Of a stretch of 64,000 nucleotides of DNA, positions 18,442 through 28,135 are shown piece after piece; the stretch's first letter is position 1; each line of letters starts with the position of its first letter. The stretch lies in assembly GCA_963542825.1 (NCBI GenBank), contig CAUTZD010000003.1, forward strand, positions 6,804 through 70,803, given 5' to 3'. Both the position numbers and the translations under genes were made by a program. Below the pieces are notes generated by a model. That model saw only the letters and a list, made by a program, of their open reading frames with translations. It searched no databases and had not been told where the DNA came from. Source of the stretch: an uncultured Acholeplasmataceae bacterium. GTDB taxonomy: Bacteria > Bacillota_I > Bacilli_A > ML615J-28 > CAG-698.

Positions 18442-21390
18442 CTATAAGTAGTATTTTCGATCTTCAAGCCAAACTAAATCAATTTGTTTAGCAGAAATTT
18501 GAATAAGACCAGTTAAATCAAGTAAGTCCATAAACGCAAGTTCAACAAATTCTGGAACATCAATAAATGGATTGCGGTTCTTTTGAATTCCATAAATTCT
18601 GTTATTACGGCTCTTTTCAAACTTATCGACTTTGTCTTGATAACTCCACTTAACAAGATATGAAAACCGCCCCATATATCCTTTTGGTCTATAGTTACCA
18701 TCGTGGTTGTCTTTACCAAGCTTACTAACTTCGTCAGTTAAGATTAACGTTTCTCTATACATAATAAACATATAGAAAAGGATTCGTGCAGCATCGCCTT
18801 TGCAAAGGTCGCCGGGATAAAATCCATATTCTCCATCTTTTCCGCTAGTTAAGTATCCTGTTGTTTGTGGTTTTGGATTTTTTGGATCAACGTATGGATA
18901 GTTGTTTCTTGTTGAATTGATGTTTTTTTCTGCTGCTCTTAAATTGTGGAGATCCGATGCAATGTTTCTTTCTCCAGCACCAACACGCTTAACACCAAGT
19001 CTTGAATTTGGCCATACGTGTTCGCGATTCCAAGGATCTCCCCCTGTCCATTCAGCTTTATAAAGTACCCGGTCATACATACCAAGAACTTTGCCTGGAT
19101 GGTCTGGGTCTTCATCGGTTGTACACAAATCATATCTAACTTCATTATAACTACGTCTTACAAGATTACTAGGGTGCATTAGTTCATTGAGTTTGTCTCG
19201 CAAAGCACTTCCTGTTAAGCCTTTAGTGCCCTGCCAATAAAGGTTAATATTTTCTTCTGATTCAGGTGACATCCCGCCTTGTTTATAAAACTTAAAAGTA
19301 TAATCTCGCGCAACAAAATCAATTTTTTGGTATTTTTTCTGAGTTTCAACATCAACGAATTCGCCTTCACCTTCTTCGTAATAATCGAGGGCATGATCAA
19401 ATTCACTACCATATTTACACTGATACTCTTTAATCAAATCACCAGTTGATTTCTTGAAAGCTATTTTATATACTTTACGTTTATAGTATACTTTCAAAAG
19501 ATTATTAGTTTCAGAAACATTAATAATAAGAATAGCATTGACGTTCAGTTCATCATGCTCAAAACCATCAAACTGCTTAATATCAGCCTGAACTTCTTCG
19601 CCATCCTTATAGTTTACTTTTGTTGTCTTGGTGTCGTCTTTTGTAAAATCAGAATTATCAATATTCTCAAAATAATATTCAGTAGTTACTAAAACTACCT
19701 TTTCCCAGTGTAATGTTATTGTAACGTTTTCTGTTATCGCGTAGCTTTCTGAAACTTGATTCCCGTCAATAAAATAACCAACAAAGCGATAACCAATACG
19801 AATCGTGTTAATGTTAAGTTCGGAAATTTTAGTACCAACCTCAACACGCTTAACGATAGTATTACCATCATAATTATAGTTAATTGTTACATTAACGTAT
19901 TCTTTGGCCTTTTCCCAAACAAGTTTAATTTTGGTATTTACCGATAACGTTAAATCGCCACTAACTTCTTGGTCGTTAATTAGATACTTTTGAATTGTAT
20001 ATCCAGGTCGATTCTCAAACGGAAGATCCTTAATTTTTGTGTATTCTTTAACAGTAACGGTTCTTACAATACCATCATAGTTATAGTCAATTTCAACATT
20101 GATATCGTTAACCTGTAAAGCCCAAATAAGTTTAACAGTTAAGTTTTTTGTAATCATGAAATCAGGATTTTTCCAAATACCATCAACTTCATAACCACGA
20201 TGAACAAAGCCAGCTCTTGTAAACTCACCAAGTTCGCTGAGAGTTGTATCTTCGTTTACTTCTCGTGTTTCTGTGATGCTATCATAACCGTGATCAATTG
20301 TCACTTGATATTTGTTAATAATCTTTTCCCAAATAACTTGGAGTTTAGCATCACTATTAAATGGACTCAAACCGCCAACATATACATCATTAAGTTTATA
20401 ACCAATAATTTTATATCCTTGACGTGGGTCAAGTGTTAGTTCGCCAACAAGCGTTCCTTCGTCAACTACATAATTTTTAACAATGCCGTTATAGTTATAA
20501 TCTACTTCTATTTTGTACTGACGAACAAAAACAACATGGAGTGCTGTTTCTTGTTTGATTTCATAATCATCGGTAAGCTTAACACCATTTAGCGTATAGT
20601 GTGAAAAACGAAAGCCCGGCTTTTCTGGTTTTTCGAGATCACCAATTTTTTTATTACGGTCAATAATTACTGTTTTAAATTCATCAAAAGATAAATAAAT
20701 GAGAACTTTGATTTGCCAAACAACTGTTATTTTAATATTATTTTTAATTTCATAGTCATCAGAAAGAACATTGCCGTCTTCATCAGCAAAATACCCAAAC
20801 ACAAAACCAAGTTTTGTTGGTTTTTTAATTGTGCTGATTTTTGTTCCCCTAGAAACTTCTTCAGTTGTTAGTTCACCATCGTTATCGATTGTTAAAGTAA
20901 CTTTTACAAGTGAATAAACAGGAACAAGATTAAGGTCTTTTTTAACCTTGTCATCTAAACTAATATCTTTGCCTTTTTCATCGCAGAATCCTAAAACGGT
21001 ATTGGTAAAATTAGAAAGTATCTCGCGAAGCGTTTTACCGTGTTCAACTTTATACGTTGTTTGAACACCATTATCAGTAACAGTAATATTATACAATTTA
21101 CCTTTAATTATCTTAACAGTTGTTGAATAACGGTTTCCTTTGAAGAGAATTGTTAGTGTGTGTTCTCCAGCCGCTTTTAACTCCTCAAGATTCGATATCA
21201 CCATATCCTGAGTTAAAGTTTTGGTTTTGGTTTTGCCGTTTTCTTGATACTTTATTGAAATATCAGATAACTTAAAAGTGTTAGCATCATACTCTGCCTG
21301 CTTGTGGATAAAATCAACACGATTACCCCTACAAGCAGCTAGAAAAAAAATACTTAATCCTAATATTAAATAACTAAAAAATTTCTTCAT
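18442..21390 (-). CDS. Surface lipoprotein with multiple Listeria-Bacteroides (Flg_new) repeats and a C-terminal Endonuclease-I-family nuclease domain
   Basis: Lipobox FFLAAC. There are at least five repeats of the form GY[RK]F.GY...G......I..N.T..L.WEK. The C-terminus carries WNREHVWPNS...DLHNLRAAEKNINSTRNN, the hallmark of Endonuclease I (EndA/Vvn/Bsn family). Confidence 0.7.
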   Translation of the reverse strand: MKKFFSYLILGLSIFFLAACRGNRVDFIHKQAEYDANTFKLSDISIKYQENGKTKTKTLTQDMVISNLEELKAAGEHTLTILFKGNRYSTTVKIIKGKLYNITVTDNGVQTTYKVEHGKTLREILSNFTNTVLGFCDEKGKDISLDDKVKKDLNLVPVYSLVKVTLTIDNDGELTTEEVSRGTKISTIKKPTKLGFVFGYFADEDGNVLSDDYEIKNNIKITVVWQIKVLIYLSFDEFKTVIIDRNKKIGDLEKPEKPGFRFSHYTLNGVKLTDDYEIKQETALHVVFVRQYKIEVDYNYNGIVKNYVVDEGTLVGELTLDPRQGYKIIGYKLNDVYVGGLSPFNSDAKLQVIWEKIINKYQVTIDHGYDSITETREVNEDTTLSELGEFTRAGFVHRGYEVDGIWKNPDFMITKNLTVKLIWALQVNDINVEIDYNYDGIVRTVTVKEYTKIKDLPFENRPGYTIQKYLINDQEVSGDLTLSVNTKIKLVWEKAKEYVNVTINYNYDGNTIVKRVEVGTKISELNINTIRIGYRFVGYFIDGNQVSESYAITENVTITLHWEKVVLVTTEYYFENIDNSDFTKDDTKTTKVNYKDGEEVQADIKQFDGFEHDELNVNAILIINVSETNNLLKVYYKRKVYKIAFKKSTGDLIKEYQCKYGSEFDHALDYYEEGEGEFVDVETQKKYQKIDFVARDYTFKFYKQGGMSPESEENINLYWQGTKGLTGSALRDKLNELMHPSNLVRRSYNEVRYDLCTTDEDPDHPGKVLGMYDRVLYKAEWTGGDPWNREHVWPNSRLGVKRVGAGERNIASDLHNLRAAEKNINSTRNNYPYVDPKNPKPQTTGYLTSGKDGEYGFYPGDLCKGDAARILFYMFIMYRETLILTDEVSKLGKDNHDGNYRPKGYMGRFSYLVKWSYQDKVDKFEKSRNNRIYGIQKNRNPFIDVPEFVELAFMDLLDLTGLIQISAKQIDLVWLEDRKYYL

Positions 21391-21420
21391 TTGTTCCCTC
21401 TTAGCTATTCATTATACCCT

Positions 21421-21458
21421 ATTTTCCTTAAAAATAAAAGAAATAGAAGAAAAATTCT
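21421..21458 (-). terminator. trxA terminator
   Basis: Hairpin gaaatagaag...cttctatttc followed by a T-run on the minus strand. Confidence 0.55.
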
Positions 21459-21459
21459 T

Positions 21460-21756
21460 CTATTTCCCACAAAATTTTAGTAATTCATCTTTTGGTAAAA
21501 AGCCTGTGTTAATCTTACTAACTTCGCCTCCCTTAAATAAAACAAGGGTAGGAATTGATCTAACTTTAAATTCATTAGCAAGTTCTGGGTTCTCGTCAAC
21601 ATTGATTTTAACAACCTTGAGCCAGCTTTTTTCTTCTTCCATAACTTGTTCGACAAGTGGAAGTAGCATTCTACAAGGTCCACACCAAGTTGCGAAAAAG
21701 TCAATAAGTACATTATCGTTTGCTTTTACAATTTCATTTAACTCTTTAACTGTCAT
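21460..21756 (-). CDS. trxA: Thioredoxin
   Basis: 98 aa with the WCGPC active site. Confidence 0.9.
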   Translation of the reverse strand: MTVKELNEIVKANDNVLIDFFATWCGPCRMLLPLVEQVMEEEKSWLKVVKINVDENPELANEFKVRSIPTLVLFKGGEVSKINTGFLPKDELLKFCGK

Positions 21757-21812
21757 TTTTTCACCTCTAATGCAATAATACTAGTATTTTGTTTTTCTGT
21801 CTAGTCGTTTGC

Positions 21813-21850
21813 TTTAGTATAAAAGCGTCTCAGAAAACCCAAGACGCTTT
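21813..21850 (-). terminator. ppdK terminator
   Basis: AAAGCGTCT-cagaaaacccaa-AGACGCTTTTT, palindromic with flanking T/A runs. Confidence 0.65.
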
Positions 21851-21858
21851 TTGGTTAA

Positions 21859-24507
21859 TTATTTATTTAACGCTTTTTCGCGTTTTAATTTAATTTGTGC
21901 TTGAGCACCAGCTAAACGAGCAATTGGTACTCTGAATGGTGAACAAGAAACATAATCAAGTCCTACTTTATTAAAGAACTCAATACTATTAGGTTCACCA
22001 CCATGTTCACCACAAACACCTAAGTGAATGTTCTTGCGTGCTTTCTTGCCAAGTTCAACTGCCATGCTTATAAGTTTACCAACACCATTTTGGTCAACAG
22101 TTCTAAATGGATCAAACTCAAAAATTTTCTTTTCGTAGTAGCTTGATAGAAAACTTGCAGCATCATCGCGGCTAAAGCCGAAAGTCATCTGTGTTAAGTC
22201 ATTAGTACCAAAACTAAAGAATTCTGCTTCCTTAGCAATTTCATCAGCAAGCAGTGCTGCCCGTGGAATTTCAATCATTGTTCCTACGTGGTATGTAAGT
22301 TCAACCCCAGCTTCTTTAATAATTTCATCAGCCGTTTTAACAACAACATCCTTAACGTATTTAAGTTCCTTAACTTCACCAACAAGTGGAATCATAATTT
22401 CAGGAGCACTAAAGTTTACTTTTGGATTACGTTTGCGCACGTTGATAACTGCTTCAATTACCGCTCTTGTTTGCATCGCTGCAAGTTCAGGATAAGTGAC
22501 GGCTAACCGGCAACCACGATGACCCATCATTGGGTTAACTTCGTGAAGTGATGAAATTTGATCTTTAACTGTAATAACACTAACACCAGTTTCGTTAGCA
22601 AGCTCGTTGATTTCTTTTTCCTCTTTTGGCAAGAACTCATGTAGTGGTGGGTCAAGATACCGAACAGTAACAGGTAATCCTTCCATCGCTTCATATAAGT
22701 CTTCGAAATCTTTTCTTTGAAGTGGTAAAAGTTTCGCTAAAGCTTTTTCACGTTGCTCTGTTGATGTTGCAACGATCATTTCTCGCATTGCCTTAATTCG
22801 GTTAGAATCAAAGAACATATGTTCTGTCCGGCATAAGCCAATTCCTTTGGCTCCAAAGGCAAAAGCTTGTTTAGCATCTTTAACAGTGTCAGCGTTAGTC
22901 CGAACTTCAAGACGACGATATTCATCGCACCAGCCCATGAACTTAGCAAAATCGCCGGTAATCTCCACAGGGTTTGTTGGAATCTTTTCAAGATATACAG
23001 CTCCAGTTGATCCATCAAGAGAAATGAAATCACCTTCTTTGATTGTGTGCTCACCAATTTTAGCAACACCACCGCCAAAAGTTAAAGTTTGGCAACCTGA
23101 TACACAGCACTTACCCATACCACGCGCTACAACGGCTGCATGGCTTGTCATACCACCGCGTGCTGTTAAAAAGCCTTCAGAAATATGCATTCCTTCGATA
23201 TCTTCAGGAGAAGTCTCAAGCCGTACTAAAACAGCAGGCTCACCACTTTTTACAAATTCTTGAGTCTTTTCGACACTGAAAGCCACACGACCACAAGCAG
23301 CACCAGGGCTTGCTGGAAGTCCTTCAGCTACCATTTTCGCTTTCTTTAGAGCGGCTTGGTCAAACTGTGGATGTAATAAACTGTCAAGTTGAGCAGGTTC
23401 AACATGCAAAACAGCATCTTCTTTACTAATCATCTTTTCATTAACTAAATCAACCGCAATTCGCAAAGCGGCTTGAGCAGTACGTTTACCATTACGTGTT
23501 TGTAAGAAATATAATTTTTCATTTTCAATCGTAAATTCAATGTCTTGCATATCACGGAAATGATTTTCAAGTTTCTTACTTAACTCTAAAAACTGTTGAT
23601 AAACACTAGGCATAATCTCTTTTAATTGATCAATCTTTGAAGGTGTCCGCACGCCGGCTACAACGTCTTCACCTTGAGCGTTCATTAAGAACTCACCATA
23701 AAGCTTGTTCTCACCAGTTGCAGGGTTACGGGTAAAAGCAACACCAGTTCCTGATGTATTTCCCATGTTACCATAAACCATTGACTGAACGTTAACTGCA
23801 GTTCCCCAAGAACCAGGAATACCGTTTATCTTCCGGTAGTACTGGGCCCGAGGGTTTTCCCAAGAACGGAACACCGCGCTTACTGCTCCATATAATTGAA
23901 CTTTTGGATCGGTTGGGAAATCTTCTTTCTTCTCAGCCTTATAAAACTTCTTAAATTTCTTGATCATCTCAAGTAAATCTTCAGCAGTAAATTCGATATC
24001 TTGTTTAATATTACGAGCTTTCTTCATCTCATCGATAATCTCTTCGAACCGATGTTTTGGAAGTTCCATAACAACATCAGAATACATTTGAATGAAACGA
24101 CGATAAGAATCATACGCAAATCGTGGATTATCTGTAATCTTCGCTAATCCTTCGACAACCTCTTCATTCAATCCAAGATTAAGGATTGTGTCCATCATTC
24201 CGGGCATCGAAACACGTGCACCTGAACGAACAGAAATAAGAAGCGGGTTAGCGGGATTACCAAATTTCTTTCCAGTAATCTTTTCAAGTTCCACAACTGC
24301 TTTCTCAATTTGGGCAACAATTTCCTCAGAAATCTTTTCCCCAGCGTTATAGTATTCAGTACAAGCCTCTGTTGATACAGTAAATCCTTGAGGGATTGGT
24401 AGTCCAAGCTTAGTCATCTGACCAAGGTTAGCACCTTTACCACCAACGAGGTTGCGCATTGTTGCGTCTGTCTCTGAAAACATATAAACATATTTTTTCT
24501 TCGCCAT
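21859..24507 (-). CDS. ppdK: Pyruvate, phosphate dikinase
   Basis: 882 aa with a PEP-utilising-enzyme N-terminus (GGKGANLGQM), a phospho-histidine domain (GGMTSHAAVVARG) and a C-terminal TIM-barrel domain. An extended -10 (TGGTATAAT) lies upstream at 24539-24547. Confidence 0.95.
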   Translation of the reverse strand: MAKKKYVYMFSETDATMRNLVGGKGANLGQMTKLGLPIPQGFTVSTEACTEYYNAGEKISEEIVAQIEKAVVELEKITGKKFGNPANPLLISVRSGARVSMPGMMDTILNLGLNEEVVEGLAKITDNPRFAYDSYRRFIQMYSDVVMELPKHRFEEIIDEMKKARNIKQDIEFTAEDLLEMIKKFKKFYKAEKKEDFPTDPKVQLYGAVSAVFRSWENPRAQYYRKINGIPGSWGTAVNVQSMVYGNMGNTSGTGVAFTRNPATGENKLYGEFLMNAQGEDVVAGVRTPSKIDQLKEIMPSVYQQFLELSKKLENHFRDMQDIEFTIENEKLYFLQTRNGKRTAQAALRIAVDLVNEKMISKEDAVLHVEPAQLDSLLHPQFDQAALKKAKMVAEGLPASPGAACGRVAFSVEKTQEFVKSGEPAVLVRLETSPEDIEGMHISEGFLTARGGMTSHAAVVARGMGKCCVSGCQTLTFGGGVAKIGEHTIKEGDFISLDGSTGAVYLEKIPTNPVEITGDFAKFMGWCDEYRRLEVRTNADTVKDAKQAFAFGAKGIGLCRTEHMFFDSNRIKAMREMIVATSTEQREKALAKLLPLQRKDFEDLYEAMEGLPVTVRYLDPPLHEFLPKEEKEINELANETGVSVITVKDQISSLHEVNPMMGHRGCRLAVTYPELAAMQTRAVIEAVINVRKRNPKVNFSAPEIMIPLVGEVKELKYVKDVVVKTADEIIKEAGVELTYHVGTMIEIPRAALLADEIAKEAEFFSFGTNDLTQMTFGFSRDDAASFLSSYYEKKIFEFDPFRTVDQNGVGKLISMAVELGKKARKNIHLGVCGEHGGEPNSIEFFNKVGLDYVSCSPFRVPIARLAGAQAQIKLKREKALNK

Positions 24508-24649
24508 ATTTTTTTGACCTCCTAAAAATATTCATCCCATTATACCACCAACTGATAATTTAAGCCATTTTTTTATTTATACTTGAAGAGTTTTTCTTTT
24601 AGCAGTCATAATAAAAAATATGGCTCTTTAAAAACCATATTTTTGTTGA

Positions 24650-26236
24650 TTATTTATTGAGTGCGTAGTACCAAAGAATTAGTCCAATAGCAAATAAAAC
24701 AATAATCACAGCAACAGTAATAACAACTGTTGTAATATACGCATTCGCGTTTTGACTACGATTTACAGTTTTAGGACTACTATCCTCGCTTACAACTATA
24801 GTCTCTCCCTGTTTTTCTTCTGGGACTTGTTTTAAATCAATAGCCTCGTTATAGTTTTCTACGTCGCTAGATTTTCTTTCTTCACTAAGAAGAGAAAGTT
24901 GTTCTTTTAACTCTCTAATTTCTCTCTCGTACATTGGCTTCTGTTTAAGAAGAACTTCGGCGCGCAAGCGCAAGGAAACAATCATGTCCGTTAAATTCTT
25001 AATTCGTGCTTCTTGATTATAACTAACGCGGGCATCAGTTTTTGCTGATTCTTTGATATTTTTATAATAATTTATTTCTCTTTCAAGTTCATAAATTCGT
25101 TCTTGAAGCGGTTTAACGTCGTTATTGATAGAAACAACAGAAGTATTCTTTTCGTTTAACGCTTTCTCAAGCTGTCTTATCTTTTCCTGAAGTTTTGCTT
25201 CACCAACTGCATCAAGTGACCCACTGACAGTTTTTCCATGTTTGTTCTTAAGTTCGCTTTCAAGTGTTGAAATAGTATCTTGTTGACTCTTAATTTGCGC
25301 CTCTGTCAAAGCTCCCTCTTTTTTATTTTTAGCAATCATTGCCTTAAGCTCTTCATCGAGCTTTTTCTTTTCCTCGTTAAGTTTTTTGATTTGCATCGTC
25401 TGGCGAGGGTTCAAAGGAATATTGCTTCGCGAGGCTAAAATATCATCAGCAAGCAAATTGACTTTCTCAGCTAGTTTAAGTTCAATACGGGCATCAAGCT
25501 TGTTATCGATCGCAAATTTCTCAAGGTCTTCAATAGGTAGTGCCCTTAACTCTTTGATTTTAGCTGATTCCTCTTTCTTCTCGAAAAGCTTTTTTTCTTT
25601 AACTTCTTCAACAACTAAACGTTCAAACTCTTTTTTCTTCCAGCTGTCTTGAAGCCGAACACCATATTTACTTGCAACTTTTTTAACAATCTCTAAGCTA
25701 TTTGTAGCCGTCATGATTTTCTCAAATTCGATTCGCGATACACCATCAATATTCTCGCCTTCGTCAAAAAACACATTTTCTGTTTCCTTGTTGAAAGTTG
25801 AAACCGAAGGAATCGTTTTACCATCAGTCACGATTTTACCCGTACTGACTTTAATAAATGTTTCAAGTAAATCTTCATGCGTTCTTCTGAAGAGTAAATA
25901 CTCCATTAAAACAAGCCATAACTCTTCGTAGTAAACGGTTCTTAATGGCTTTAAATTCATTTCTTGGAAAGTTAGTTCAAGAAGCGTCTCCGAAAAGTTA
26001 TCAAAGTTTTTCCAAATTTCAACCCATTCTTTATTTTTGTTTTCGTTAACTTCTTTAATAACGTTATCCCGTAAAGCTTTTTTAAGAGCTTGCGTTCTAT
26101 CACTTTTTGGAATTGATAGCCCGTTTTCGCTCAAACTATCAGAAAGGTAGTTCCCCGGTATTGTAATTAAATACGGAAGAACATCTTCAACTTTAAATTC
26201 GCGGTTCTTAATGTAAAATGTTGATTCTCTTTTCAT
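24650..26236 (-). CDS. Tail-anchored coiled-coil protein (528 aa), unknown function
   Basis: Long heptad-rich central region and a single C-terminal TM segment (VVITVAVIIVLFAIGLILWYY). Confidence 0.5.
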   Translation of the reverse strand: MKRESTFYIKNREFKVEDVLPYLITIPGNYLSDSLSENGLSIPKSDRTQALKKALRDNVIKEVNENKNKEWVEIWKNFDNFSETLLELTFQEMNLKPLRTVYYEELWLVLMEYLLFRRTHEDLLETFIKVSTGKIVTDGKTIPSVSTFNKETENVFFDEGENIDGVSRIEFEKIMTATNSLEIVKKVASKYGVRLQDSWKKKEFERLVVEEVKEKKLFEKKEESAKIKELRALPIEDLEKFAIDNKLDARIELKLAEKVNLLADDILASRSNIPLNPRQTMQIKKLNEEKKKLDEELKAMIAKNKKEGALTEAQIKSQQDTISTLESELKNKHGKTVSGSLDAVGEAKLQEKIRQLEKALNEKNTSVVSINNDVKPLQERIYELEREINYYKNIKESAKTDARVSYNQEARIKNLTDMIVSLRLRAEVLLKQKPMYEREIRELKEQLSLLSEERKSSDVENYNEAIDLKQVPEEKQGETIVVSEDSSPKTVNRSQNANAYITTVVITVAVIIVLFAIGLILWYYALNK

Positions 26237-26271
26237 ACTTGTATTATAACCTATTTCTCATCTAATGTAAA

Positions 26272-27099
26272 TTATTTATTCTTTTTAGCTTTGTCATAAG
26301 TATCTAAAAAAGAATGTTTAGTATTTCCTTTTTTATATTCAAGGACACAGTTTAAGTTAACATTTCTCCCTAAGGAAAATAGTGTTTTCTCAATATCCTT
26401 ATTAAACGCTTTTAACTTTTCAATAATTTTTTTCGCTTCCTGGCGGTCACTATACATCTTTTCTTCGACAAACTTACAGCCTTTAACAATCGGCACAATT
26501 TCACATTTCTTCATGAAATTTAGAATATCTTTTTCCTTAACTAAATACAAAGGTCTAATAAGTTCTAAACCATTAAAATTTGTTGACCAAAGCTTCGGCA
26601 TCATCGTTTTAAATTCACCAACTCTAATAACATTTAAAAGTGTTGTTTCAATAACATCATCAAATGTGTGAGCTAAAGCAATTTTATTACAGCCGTATTT
26701 CTCAGCGTTTTCATAAAGAAATCCCCTACGCATCCGGGCACACATATAGCAAGGCCTTTCGGGATCAAGTTTTAAGGCAACACTTAGAAAGTTACTATCA
26801 CCTATTATTAAAGGAATCATAAGCTCTCTTGCATTTTTCTCAAGAAGTTTTCTATCACTTTCCTTAAACCCAGGGTCCATCGCAAAAAACACAAGATTCA
26901 CCTTAAACTGATCGTGCCTCACTATCTCTTGTAAAAGTTTGGCAAGAACTAAACTATCCTTACCACCCGATATACAAACAAGTACCTTATCGCCATCTTT
27001 TAAAAGCTTGTAATCAACAATCGCCTTAACAAATGGCTTATAGATAGTTGACCGGTAAGTTGTGAGAATTAGTCTCTCAATTTCTTTGATGTTTAGCAT
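26272..27099 (-). CDS. ttcA: PP-loop ATPase, TtcA-like tRNA 2-thiocytidine synthetase family
   Basis: PP-loop SGGKDS. CYMCARMRRG plus GC motifs parallel the TtcA Fe-S cysteine cluster (CSLCSRLRRG). Confidence 0.7.
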   Translation of the reverse strand: MLNIKEIERLILTTYRSTIYKPFVKAIVDYKLLKDGDKVLVCISGGKDSLVLAKLLQEIVRHDQFKVNLVFFAMDPGFKESDRKLLEKNARELMIPLIIGDSNFLSVALKLDPERPCYMCARMRRGFLYENAEKYGCNKIALAHTFDDVIETTLLNVIRVGEFKTMMPKLWSTNFNGLELIRPLYLVKEKDILNFMKKCEIVPIVKGCKFVEEKMYSDRQEAKKIIEKLKAFNKDIEKTLFSLGRNVNLNCVLEYKKGNTKHSFLDTYDKAKKNK

Positions 27100-28072
27100 T
27101 TTTGTTGTTAAGTGGATGGATTAAACTAACAATAAAACCAACGCTAAAGAAAGCCGATACAACAAAAGTAATTAACACCTGCCACCAAACATATTTCTTA
27201 AAAACATACTTTTGATAACCAATCGCTTGAACGTCGTGGTTTGCCGCCTTAGTAAGTTTTAAAGTCTTATCATTTAACTTTTCAGCAATCCCTGTAAAGA
27301 TAACATCCTCACCACTATTTTCCTTCATGAGGTCAACCTTCTTATCTCCAAGTAGTAAACTAACAATTACACCCTCATCTGATGATTTCTTTTCGGTGTC
27401 GTTTAAGTAGTCAGTTAGTTCTGGTTTTTCATGATTGCCTTCAAAAGCGGCAACCCGCATTGGTGAATGGAATTTTTTGCCGTTCTTATCAGTCTTAGGA
27501 ATAACCGTATTTTCAACCATCCCAAGATAAGTTGTATTTTGATCTGCATAAGAATGTGGCGTTTTAAAAGTCAATTCTCTTTTAAAGTCTGTATTGTTTT
27601 TATAAGTTAAAAGTAGTTTAATCGTTGATGGTGTAATGTCTTTTTCTATCGATAAGTCTTCACCTTTTTCTTGGCGATCTCTTTTATTCAAGAGCTCTTC
27701 ATTAACGTTCTTTAGATAAAAAAACGTTACAATCTCATCACGATTTACTTTAACTGTCTTATTAGATTCTTTCTTTTCCTCTTGCCACTTAACCCGGGCC
27801 CGTTTAGCAACAAGCGTTAGATAACGCTTGCCGTCGCCCGTTAAAACGTCTTTCTCAAAAATTGTTTCCGTTTCGTAGCTATAGCTTTCATATTTTAAAT
27901 ACTTTTCCATAAATTCATCTTCAGTTTGATTTTCTTTTTCTACTAAATAGTGATCAACAAAATACTTTTCTTTGTACCTGTTATAGCCGTAGAAACCTAT
28001 TATTATTGAAAGGATAATAGGAATGATCCCAAACGAAAGTATTATCAAAATTTTAGCTATTTTATTATTCAT
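27077..28072 (-). CDS. Bitopic membrane protein, unknown function
   Basis: N- and C-terminal hydrophobic segments. Overlaps the ttcA-like start by 23 nt. Confidence 0.45.
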   Translation of the reverse strand: MNNKIAKILIILSFGIIPIILSIIIGFYGYNRYKEKYFVDHYLVEKENQTEDEFMEKYLKYESYSYETETIFEKDVLTGDGKRYLTLVAKRARVKWQEEKKESNKTVKVNRDEIVTFFYLKNVNEELLNKRDRQEKGEDLSIEKDITPSTIKLLLTYKNNTDFKRELTFKTPHSYADQNTTYLGMVENTVIPKTDKNGKKFHSPMRVAAFEGNHEKPELTDYLNDTEKKSSDEGVIVSLLLGDKKVDLMKENSGEDVIFTGIAEKLNDKTLKLTKAANHDVQAIGYQKYVFKKYVWWQVLITFVVSAFFSVGFIVSLIHPLNNKNAKHQRN

Positions 28073-28135
28073 CTTTCCACCTCTTGTTACCTGTCTTATT
28101 ATACTGATTTTTTCATTTTTAGCAACAAGGAAAAA

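Noticed and set aside
22847-23263. 138-aa antisense ORF within ppdK, and similar antisense ORFs inside dnaX, gyrA, serS and pepA
   Set aside because: They sit opposite strongly supported, conserved CDSs. Their compositions are biased and none has a start signal.
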